Assembly: GCA_036149055.1 (NCBI GenBank)
Contig: JAYZQJ010000229.1
Location: 1-40,489 of the forward strand
Source of the DNA: Myxococcota bacterium
GTDB taxonomy: Bacteria; Myxococcota_A; Polyangia; Polyangiales; Sandaracinaceae
Direction: 5' to 3'
Length of the DNA stretch: 40,489 nt
Shown: positions 1 through 7,644 of the stretch, one piece after another
How positions within the stretch are numbered: position 1 is the stretch's first letter
Layout of the letters: each line of letters begins with the position of its first letter
The notes under the pieces: generated by a model
What the model was told of the DNA's origin: nothing
Database searches by the model: none
Seen by the model: the letters and a program-made list of their open reading frames with translations, nothing else
Translations under genes and position numbers: made by a program

Positions 1-192
1 GCCGCAGGGGACCCAGCGCCCCGCGCTGGGGTCGGGGCCGAGCGGAGCGAGGTCCCGGAGTGGGCAGGGGGGGCCCCGCGGAGCCGGTGCAGCGGCGCGC
101 GCGTAGGGCGCGGATGCGCCCGAAGTCGCGCGCCGTTGTGCCGGCGCAGCGGGGGGGCGGGGGCGGACCCGCCCCTGCCCGGAAACTCAGCC
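1..192 (+). repeat. Structured dispersed repeat element, copy 1 (5'-truncated by window edge)
   Basis: Largely colinear with 7458-7644 (shared blocks gccgcaggggacccagcgccccgcgctggggtc, ggggccccgcggagccggtgcagcgg, ccgttgtgccggcgcagcgggggggcgggggcggacccgcccctgccc); nested inverted repeats; ends at the ald stop codon. Confidence 0.9.
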
Positions 193-1305
193 TCAGCCGA
201 GCACGGAGGCGAGGGGCGTGTACTCGACGCCGACGTCGTTCGCGACCGCCTCGTAGGTGCAGGCGCCGTCCCAGGTGTTGACGCCCTTCGCGAGGGGCGC
301 GTCCGAGCGGACCGCGGCCTCGACGCCCTCGTTGGCGATCTTGAGCGCGTAGCGGGCGGTCACGTTCGTCAGGGCGAAGGTGCTCGTCATCGGGACCGCG
401 CCCGGCATGTTCGGCACGCAGTAGTGCACGACGTCGTGGAGCACGAAGGTCGGGTTGTCGTGGCTGGTCGGCTTGCAGGTCTCGATGCAGCCGCCCTGGT
501 CGACCGCGACGTCGACCACGACCGCGCCGGGCTTCATCTTCTTGACGAGGTCCTCGGTGACGAGCTTCGGCGCCTTGGCGCCGGCCACGAGCACCGCGCC
601 GATGACGAGGTCGGCGTCGCAGACCGACTCCTCGACGTTCTTCGGGTCGCTGTAGAGCGTCTCGATCTGACCCTGGAAGATGTCCTCGAGGTAGGCCATG
701 CGGTCGTGGTTGACCTCGAGCATGGTCACCTGGGCGCCGAGGCCGACCGCGATGCGCGCGGCGTGGCTGCCGACGATGCCGCCGCCGAGGATGGTCACGT
801 GACCGCGGCGCGTGCCGGGCACGCCACCGAGGAGGATGCCGCGGCCGCCGCGCTCCTTCTCGAGCGAGGTCGCGCCGACCTGGGTCGCCATGCGGCCGGC
901 CACCTCGCTCATCGGGCGGAGCAGGGGCAGGCTCCCGTCCGGGTTCTCCACCGTCTCGTAGGCGATGGCGCGGACCTTCTTCTCCATGAGCTGACGGGTC
1001 AGCTCGGGGAGCGGGGCGAGGTGGAGGTAGGTGTAGAGGATCTGGCCCTCGCGGAAGTACTGGACCTCCGACGCGAGCGGCTCCTTCACCTTCATGACCA
1101 TCTCGGCCGCCCACGCGTCGGCGGCGGTCGGCACGATCTTGGCGCCGACCGAGGTGAACTCGGCGTCGGTGATGCCCGAGCCGAGGCCCGCCCCCTTCTG
1201 GATGTGGACCTGGTGGCCCGCGCGGGTCAGCGCGGCCACGCCGCCGGGGTTGATGCCCACGCGGAACTCGCGGGTCTTGATCTCCGTCGGGACGCCGATG
1301 ATCAC
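193..1305 (-). CDS. ald: Alanine dehydrogenase
   Basis: [18 protein letters not shown]-terminus, [29 protein letters not shown]-binding motif, [28 protein letters not shown] start with AGGAGG ribosome-binding site. Confidence 0.97.
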   Translation of the reverse strand: MIIGVPTEIKTREFRVGINPGGVAALTRAGHQVHIQKGAGLGSGITDAEFTSVGAKIVPTAADAWAAEMVMKVKEPLASEVQYFREGQILYTYLHLAPLPELTRQLMEKKVRAIAYETVENPDGSLPLLRPMSEVAGRMATQVGATSLEKERGGRGILLGGVPGTRRGHVTILGGGIVGSHAARIAVGLGAQVTMLEVNHDRMAYLEDIFQGQIETLYSDPKNVEESVCDADLVIGAVLVAGAKAPKLVTEDLVKKMKPGAVVVDVAVDQGGCIETCKPTSHDNPTFVLHDVVHYCVPNMPGAVPMTSTFALTNVTARYALKIANEGVEAAVRSDAPLAKGVNTWDGACTYEAVANDVGVEYTPLASVLG

Positions 1306-1403
1306 GTAGCTGCCTCCTCTTTCGCGGCGAGCCTAGCGTGCTCCGCCGCGCGCGAAAGGACGGATCCCGCGACGCACCGCGTCACGAGTGCGTAACGTCA
1401 CCG

Positions 1404-1804
1404 GGTGACAGATCGTCTCTCGCAGAGGCGCAGAGCCGCAGACGGGTGGCGACGGGATGGAGCCTGGCCGCCGGCCACTCGGATGCGCGCTGGGTGGCGG
1501 CTCACGCGGGGGAATTGTGCTCTCGCAAAGGCGCAAAGACGCCAAGGGGACGGGTGGCGGCGGGATGGGGGCTGGCCGCCGGGCAGCCGGGGCGCCGCTC
1601 GCCAGCTCGGAAACTCGGGAGGCGACAGATACTCTCTCGCAGAGTCGCAGAGGCGCAGAGGCGCGGCCTCGGGATGGAGCCTGGCCGCCGGCCACTCGGA
1701 TGCGCGCTTGGTGGCGGCTGCTGCGAGGGAATTGTGCTCTCGCAAAGACGCAAAGCCGCCAAGGGGACGGGTGGCGGCGGGATGGGGGCTGGCCGCCGGG
1801 CAGC
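1404..1804. repeat. Tandem repeat, 217-bp period (~1.85 copies), each period made of two related subunits (103 + 114 bp)
   Basis: Subunits start at 1417, 1520, 1634 and 1737 with ctctcgcaRagNcgcaRagNcgc and share gggatggRRSctggccgccgg; A1/A2 and B1/B2 are near-identical. Confidence 0.9.
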
Positions 1805-1934
1805 AGGGCGGCCACGCGCCTATGGGGGTTGCTGGCCGTCGAGGATTCGAGCCGCGGCTTCGAGTCGTCGACCGAGCCCGTGGCAGCCAGCAGCGCGCGG
1901 CATGGGGACGGACCGAAGGCCGGATCGTCGCGCA

Positions 1935-2144
1935 CGTCCTCGTCCCCGTGCACGTGCTCGTCCCCGTGCACGTGCTCGTCCCCGTGCACGTGCTCGTCCT
2001 CGTGCACGTCCTCGTCCCCGTCCCCGTGCACGTGCTCGTCCTCGTGCGCGTGCACGTGCTCGTCCTCGTGCACGTCCTCGTGCACGTCCTCGTGCGCGTA
2101 CACGTCCTCGTCCCCGTCCCCGTGCATGTCCTCGTGCCCGTCCC
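1935..2144. repeat. Degenerate hexamer array (CGTSCN)n, ~35 units
   Basis: CGT recurs every 6 nt in phase from 1935 to 2139 (one TGT exception); units cgtccc/cgtgca/cgtgct/cgtcct/cgtgcg. Confidence 0.92.
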
Positions 2145-2318
2145 CGCCCTCGACCACGACGGCGGTTCGCACGTGGGATCTCTCGATGGCGTCGGAGACC
2201 CGATTCGAAGCTCATCCATGAGCTGCGTCGCCCGCGCGAAACACCCGCGGCCCGTGCCCGGCGAGCTCGAGAGGTGGCAACCAGCGGCGCCGGGCACCCC
2301 CGCCCGCTTCCACGACAC

Positions 2319-2573
2319 TGACCTGAGACGACGGCAGGCGACGAGCGCAGCGAGGTCGCCGCACGGACCACCACCAGCTGGGTTCGATCCCGCGGTAGCG
2401 GGCGGCCAGCGAGCGCGCAGCGCGAGCGCGAGCCGCAGGGCCCCGAGCGCCCCGTCGCTGGGGTCGCGGCGCGAGCGCGAAGCGCGCAGCGCCGACGGAG
2501 TCGGGAGGGGGGCCCCATTGGCGCTTTGCCCAATGGGGGGAGGGTTTGCCCCAAACCCTCCAAAAAACTCAGC
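2319..2573 (+). repeat. Structured dispersed repeat element, copy 2 (diverged variant)
   Basis: Shares ggcgacgagcgcagcgaggtcgccgc, gttcgaYcccgcggYagcgggcggccagc, gcgcgagcgcgagccgcaggg and cgctggggtcgcg with copy 3; 3' hairpins replaced by ccccattgg/ccaatgggg and ggagggtttg/caaaccctcc; ends at the radical SAM stop codon. Confidence 0.85.
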
Positions 2574-3869
2574 TCAATCGAACAGCGCGCCGGCCGCGTG
2601 GCGCGCGAAGCGCCACATGTAGCGGGGGCGGAAGTGGTAGCTCACGTAGGCCTCCTCCCGCAGCGCCGCGAGGGCGTCCTCGCTCATCGTCGGGTGGGGC
2701 ACGCTGGGACGGAAGCCGGTGAGGGACTCCGGCGGCAGGGCCGGGGCCTGGGCCTCGAGAGTGGTGCCGGGGTAGGGCGTGGCCACCGTGAACTGGACCG
2801 CGAACGAGTCCAGGCGCTTTGCCCACTGCAGGGTCTCGCGCATCGTGCGCTCGTCGTCCTCGGGGAGGCCGAGCAGGTAGTTGCAGATCACCCGGATGCC
2901 GAGGCGCTGGGCGACCTCGACCACGCGCTCGATCTGGGCGATGGGAGGCGGCTTGCGCTTGTGGCCGCCGAGCAGGCCGCGGTCGACGCTCTCGACGCCG
3001 ATCTCGAGGCTGCGCAGGCCGGCGCGCCAGAGCAAGACGAGCAGCCCCTCGTCGAGGCGGTCGGCGCGCATCTCGCCGCTGAACCGCATGCCCAGCGGCA
3101 TCAGCGCGTGGGCGAGGGCGCGCACCCGGTCGGGGTCGAGGTTGAAGAGCGGGTCGCGGAAGGAGACGCCGGTCGCGCCGTAGGTGTCGCGGAGGTGGGC
3201 GATCTCGGCCGCGACGCGCGCGGGGTCGCGCTCGCGGAACGCCGCGGTCACCCGCCACGGGCAGTAGCCGCACGCGTAGGGGCAGCCCCGGGCCGAGGCG
3301 ACCGGCAGGGTGATGCCGCGGCTCAGGAACGCGTAGCGGTAGCGGTCGACCGGGAAGGGCGACCAGTCGGGCCAGGGGAGGGCGTCGAGGTCCTCGACCG
3401 CGCCCGCCTCGGCGAGCCCCGGGCCGAGGTCGAGCAGGGCCGCGCCCAGGTTCTCGGGCTCGCCGCGCACCACCACGTCGGCGACGTCGGCGTAGCGCTG
3501 CGGCCGGGCGCTCGCGTGGGCGCCGATGACGAAGGTCCGCACCCCGCGCTCGCGGAGCCGCGCGAGGAGGCGGCGCTCGGCCTCGCAGTCCACCAGCGAG
3601 CTGAGGAGCACGACCGCGTCGGCGTCCGCGGCGCCCGCGAGGCCGCCGTCTCGCACCTCGACCGCGCGGACCTCGTGCCCCGCCGCCTTCAGCTGGGCCG
3701 CGAGGTGGCCGAGCACGAGCGGAGGCAGGTCGGCGAGGCGGGACTTGGCGTGCTCGAGCAGGCGGGCCCGCCAGGAGTCTCCGACCTCGAAGACCGTCCC
3801 GTATCCGCCGGCGACGTCCTTGAGCGTGCAGCCGGCGTGCGAGTAGACGGTGACGAGAGCGACGCGCAT
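2574..3869 (-). CDS. B12-binding domain radical SAM protein (class B methyltransferase-like)
   Basis: N-terminal cobalamin-binding-like region (PPLVLGHLAAQLK...GAHAS...GEPE), SARGCPYACGYC CxxxCxxC motif, IGVES, LLGLPED, ATPYPGT; ATG at 3869 (alternative GTG at 3875). Confidence 0.9.
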   Translation of the reverse strand: MRVALVTVYSHAGCTLKDVAGGYGTVFEVGDSWRARLLEHAKSRLADLPPLVLGHLAAQLKAAGHEVRAVEVRDGGLAGAADADAVVLLSSLVDCEAERRLLARLRERGVRTFVIGAHASARPQRYADVADVVVRGEPENLGAALLDLGPGLAEAGAVEDLDALPWPDWSPFPVDRYRYAFLSRGITLPVASARGCPYACGYCPWRVTAAFRERDPARVAAEIAHLRDTYGATGVSFRDPLFNLDPDRVRALAHALMPLGMRFSGEMRADRLDEGLLVLLWRAGLRSLEIGVESVDRGLLGGHKRKPPPIAQIERVVEVAQRLGIRVICNYLLGLPEDDERTMRETLQWAKRLDSFAVQFTVATPYPGTTLEAQAPALPPESLTGFRPSVPHPTMSEDALAALREEAYVSYHFRPRYMWRFARHAAGALFD

Positions 3870-4010
3870 GGACACCCGAGACGGCCAGGGGGCAGGGCTC
3901 GATTCCCTGCAGGTGCGGTTAGCATCGGCCGGAGATCACTGCTAGACGGCTCGGGCCGAATCCGCCGACGCGGCCCGTGAATCGGGCGCCTGGCCGGGTG
4001 AGCCGCGCCC

Positions 4011-5207
4011 ATGGAAGCCGTCCGAAGCGATCGCCACAGCCCCTCTCCGGAGGACGACACGCCGCGGCGAGGCTGGCTGTGGGCGCTCGCGCTCGTCGGC
4101 GTCGGGGGCGCGGCCGTCGCCGCGTGGCTCGCGCTCGGCGGGCGGTCGCTGCCCGGCACCGGCGGGCTGATGGTGGAGCTGCGCGACCGCGGCCGCATCG
4201 CGGTGGTCGGCGCCGAGGACCTCACCCGCCTGGAGGTCACCGGCACCGAGCTCGTCCCGGCCGCGTCGGTCGAGGGGCTGCAGGCCGCGCTCGAGGGGAC
4301 CGACGAGGCGGCGCTCGCCGAGGTGCTGACCGAGCGCGGCATCGGGAACGTGATCGTCGACGGACGGCGCGGCGGATCCCTCGAGGAGGGCGCGTCGATC
4401 GCCGATCGCCTCGCGGCCTACGGGAACATGGAGAGCCTGCGCGGCGTGCACCTCTCGCCGACGGCCGCGCTCTACGAGCGGCGGCGCGGGCTGGATCTCG
4501 AGGGAGAGCTCGGCGACGCGCTCGCCCGCGCGGCTCGGCAGATCGTCAGCGGCGCGCGCCTCCCGCGCATCCGCGCCTTCCCCGAGCCGCTCCGCCGCAC
4601 CCGCAACGTCGAGGTGATGGTGATGCTGTCGCGCGGCGGCCGGCCGCGGCTCTGGCGCTCGGCGCGGGGCGGCTCGATCGCCCGCGCGCTGATCACCGCC
4701 GCGAGCGTCGCGCGCCAGCGCTGGCAGGAGCGCGAGCAGCTGATGGGCAGCATCGACGAGCAGCTCCCGCGCATGACGGTGCAGGTGTTCCTGCTCGAAG
4801 AGGACGGCACGCTGGGCGACCGCACGCCGGCCTTCGTCGAGCGGGTGTTCACCGAGGATCACGGCGTCGCCTTCGAGGAGCGCGGCAGCTGGCACTACCT
4901 CCTGCCCCGCGCGACCCGGGAGCGCGGCGGGGGCTCGGCGATGGCCGCGTATCAGGCCGCCTTCGAGGACGCGGGCCTCGCCTACCAGGCGGAGGGCGAC
5001 GGCGGCGCGGAAGAGGCGGCGGAGCTGGCGCGAGACGCGTTCCAGCGCAGCTTCTCGCGGAGCGACATTCGCCTCTACCGGCTGGTGGCGAGGGAGGTCG
5101 GGACGTCGGAGCCCACCGCGTCGGCCGGCCGGCCGCTGCCGCTCCCGTCCGACTCGGGCTCGTTCGGCGAGGGGCTGCTCGGCCCCGGCGCGCTCGAAGG
5201 GCTCTGA
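4011..5207 (+). CDS. Membrane-anchored hypothetical protein with a divergent AMMECR1-like C-terminal domain
   Basis: N-terminal TM helix (WLWALALVGVGGAAVAAWLAL); C-terminal half resembles AMMECR1 (LPRMTVQVFLL, DHGVAF, YLLPRATRERG, EDAGL, RLYRL); GC-rich third codon positions. Confidence 0.7.
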   Translation: MEAVRSDRHSPSPEDDTPRRGWLWALALVGVGGAAVAAWLALGGRSLPGTGGLMVELRDRGRIAVVGAEDLTRLEVTGTELVPAASVEGLQAALEGTDEAALAEVLTERGIGNVIVDGRRGGSLEEGASIADRLAAYGNMESLRGVHLSPTAALYERRRGLDLEGELGDALARAARQIVSGARLPRIRAFPEPLRRTRNVEVMVMLSRGGRPRLWRSARGGSIARALITAASVARQRWQEREQLMGSIDEQLPRMTVQVFLLEEDGTLGDRTPAFVERVFTEDHGVAFEERGSWHYLLPRATRERGGGSAMAAYQAAFEDAGLAYQAEGDGGAEEAAELARDAFQRSFSRSDIRLYRLVAREVGTSEPTASAGRPLPLPSDSGSFGEGLLGPGALEGL

Positions 5208-7267
5208 GCCGGCACCTCGCCGGTGGGCTCGCGCTCGGCGACCGCCGGCAGCCGCATCACGAAGGTCGTGCCGACGCCCTCCTGGCTGCGCACCTCGATG
5301 TGCCCGCCGGCGGCGTTGACGATCCGCTGCGAGATGGCGAGGCCGAGCCCGGTGCCGCGGTCCTTGGTGGTGACGAACGGCACGAAGAGGTTCGCGAGCA
5401 CCCGCTGCGGGATGCCGGGCCCGGTGTCCTGCACCCAGAGCTCCACCCAGCGCTTCACCTCGCCGTAGGCCTCCGTCCGGGTGCGCTCGAGCGTGCGCAC
5501 GGTGAGCTCGCCGCGGCCCTCCATCGCCTGCGCGGCGTTCTGGCCGAGGTTGATGAGCACCTGGCGCAGCCGCTCGGCGTCGATCCGGACCCGGGGCAGA
5601 TCCGCGCCGAGCTCGAGCTTGGCCTCGACGCCGTCCGGCAGATCGGGCCCGAGCAGCTGCACCGTGCGCTCGACCGCCGCGTTGACGTCGGTGGGCGCGG
5701 GGTCGCCGGTGCTGGGGCGCGCGTAGTCGAGGAACGACGAGACCACGCGGTTCAGCCGGTCGACCTCCTCGACGATGATGTCGAGGAACTCGCCCGCCTG
5801 CGGCTCGTCCTCCGGCTCGTTGAGGAACTGCGCGCTCGCCTTGATCGCGCCGAGCGGGTTGCGGATCTCGTGGGCGAGACCGGCGGCCATCTCACCGAGC
5901 GCGGCGAGGCGGTCGCGCTGCTTGAGGCGCTGGTAGAGGCGCGAGTTCTCGATCGCGATCGAGGCCTGGGCGGCGAGCGCGCGGAGCAGCTGCACCTCCT
6001 CGGGGCTGAAGGCGTCGCGGAGGCGGTCGTCGCGCAGGCAGAGCAGCCCGTAGGTCTCGTCGGTGCCGCGGAGCGGGACGCACACCGACGCCTTCATCGC
6101 CTCGAGGGTCTGAATCACCTCGGCGAGCATCTCCGCCTGCAGATCCTCGCCGAGCTCCCGCGCCTCCTCGAGCTCGCGCTCCAGGTTCTCGAGCACCACC
6201 TCCTCGTCCGCGCGCAGCCGGTCGACGAGGGGGCGCGCGGCCGGGAGCTCGATCCGGCGCGCGGGCTCGAGGCCCACGTGGCCGCCGAGGTCGAAGCCCT
6301 GGCCGCGCTCGTCGACGAAGTAGATCGACGCGTCGGTGACCCGGCGCGATCCCTCGAGGCCGCTCATGACCAGCTGGCTCATCTCGTCGATGGCCAGGGT
6401 GTGCGCGAGCCGGGTGCGCAGCTCCCCGATGATCTGCTCGAGGTCGTAGCGCTCCCGGAAGAAGATCTGCGAGATCTGCTGCTCGAGCTTCGCGCGCACC
6501 GGCTCGAAGATCAGGAAGAGCACCAGCGCCGCCACGACCGAGTGCAGGAAGAAGTGTCCCGGGTCGAGGTAGACGAGCACCCACACGATGCCCGCGAGCG
6601 AGAACGACAGCGCGGTGAGCAGGAACAGCCGCCCGGCCAGCTCGTAGAGGTCGAGCAGCCGGTAGCGCAGCACGGACTGCGAGAGCACGTAGAGGAAGAC
6701 GAGGATGAGCACCGTGCCCACCGGCGGGATCTCGAGGCCCGCGTAGGGGAGGTACTCGGCCAGGGTGAAGACGGCGGCCAGCGCGCCCACCACCGCGAGG
6801 TAGGTGAGCCGGGCCCGCTCGAAGCGCGAGCGCGCGACCCGCCCGGCCCGGAAGAGCATCACCATCGCCGCCGCGAGCAGCACGAAGACGTAGGTGAAGA
6901 TCAGCGCGGCGAAGAAGATCTGATGGAAGAGCGGGGTGAAGACCGCCGCGATCATGCCGAGCGCGAGCAGGAACGCGCCGCGCTGGAGCTGGGTGGCTCG
7001 CCTCGACTCCGGCTGCAGGAACGTGCGGAAGAACTGCACGGCGGCCAGCGGGAGGAGCACCGCGCAGACCAGGTTCAGCCGCTCGAGGAACGGCCCCCCG
7101 TCGAAGAAGCGGACGAGGAACGTCGACAGGTACCAGGCGCCGACCGTGGCCCCGAAGAGGCTGAAGAACCAGTGCACCCGCCGCTTCCGCGGCCGCAGGA
7201 GCACGCTCGACGCGATGGCGAAGCAGAGGACCGCTGCGAGCAGCGAGGTCTGTGTACGGAGATCCAC
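5075..7267 (-). CDS. Multi-pass membrane sensor histidine kinase (about 7-8 TM + GAF + HisKA + HATPase)
   Basis: Hydrophobic N-terminus, GAF-like region ending ALAAQASIAIENSRLY, H-box GLAHEIRNPL, N-box QVLINLGQNA, DTGPGI, FVPFVTTK, GTGLGL. Confidence 0.95.
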   Translation of the reverse strand: MDLRTQTSLLAAVLCFAIASSVLLRPRKRRVHWFFSLFGATVGAWYLSTFLVRFFDGGPFLERLNLVCAVLLPLAAVQFFRTFLQPESRRATQLQRGAFLLALGMIAAVFTPLFHQIFFAALIFTYVFVLLAAAMVMLFRAGRVARSRFERARLTYLAVVGALAAVFTLAEYLPYAGLEIPPVGTVLILVFLYVLSQSVLRYRLLDLYELAGRLFLLTALSFSLAGIVWVLVYLDPGHFFLHSVVAALVLFLIFEPVRAKLEQQISQIFFRERYDLEQIIGELRTRLAHTLAIDEMSQLVMSGLEGSRRVTDASIYFVDERGQGFDLGGHVGLEPARRIELPAARPLVDRLRADEEVVLENLERELEEARELGEDLQAEMLAEVIQTLEAMKASVCVPLRGTDETYGLLCLRDDRLRDAFSPEEVQLLRALAAQASIAIENSRLYQRLKQRDRLAALGEMAAGLAHEIRNPLGAIKASAQFLNEPEDEPQAGEFLDIIVEEVDRLNRVVSSFLDYARPSTGDPAPTDVNAAVERTVQLLGPDLPDGVEAKLELGADLPRVRIDAERLRQVLINLGQNAAQAMEGRGELTVRTLERTRTEAYGEVKRWVELWVQDTGPGIPQRVLANLFVPFVTTKDRGTGLGLAISQRIVNAAGGHIEVRSQEGVGTTFVMRLPAVAEREPTGEVPAQSPSSAPGPSSPSPNEPESDGSGSGRPADAVGSDVPTSLATSR

Positions 7268-7349
7268 GCCGCGTCAGGGTAACGCAGACCCGCCCCCGAG
7301 GGTCGGAGCCCGGCGCGCCAGCCCGCCGCCCACGTCCTCCCGTCCCGAA

Positions 7350-7644
7350 TGACCCGAGACGGCGGGCGACGAGCGCAGCGAGGTCGCCGCCCGCGCCCAT
7401 CCCGCCCGTTCGACCCCGCGGCAGCGGGCGGCCAGCTCGCGCGGAGCGCGAGCGCGAGCCGCAGGGGACCCAGCGCCCCGCGCTGGGGTCGCGCGCGAGC
7501 GGAGCGAACGCGCGCGGAGTGGGTTGGGGGGGCCCCGCGGAGCCGGTGCAGCGGTCACCGCGTAGGCTGCGGAGCAGCCGGAGCGGTGACCGTTGTGCCG
7601 GCGCAGCGGGGGGGCGGGGGCGGACCCGCCCCTGCCCAAAAACG
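7350..7644 (+). repeat. Structured dispersed repeat element, copy 3 (full length, ~295 bp)
   Basis: 5' half aligns with 2319-2500 and 3' half with 1-190; at least six hairpins; ends at the stop codon of the 7645 gene. Confidence 0.9.

Noticed and set aside
1404..1804. CRISPR array
   Set aside because: The intervening segments are themselves repeated (A-B-A-B) rather than unique spacers, the conserved parts are degenerate, and no cas genes are present.
2378..2395. tRNA gene suggested by gggttcgatccc (T-arm-like; gttcgacccc in copy 3)
   Set aside because: No acceptor stem, D-arm, anticodon arm or CCA could be built around it; it is part of the dispersed element.
1333..2622. Overlapping ORFs of 250-400 aa in all frames across the repeat region
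   Set aside because: They arise from stop-poor GC-rich repeats, and the translations are low-complexity with no recognisable domain or RBS.
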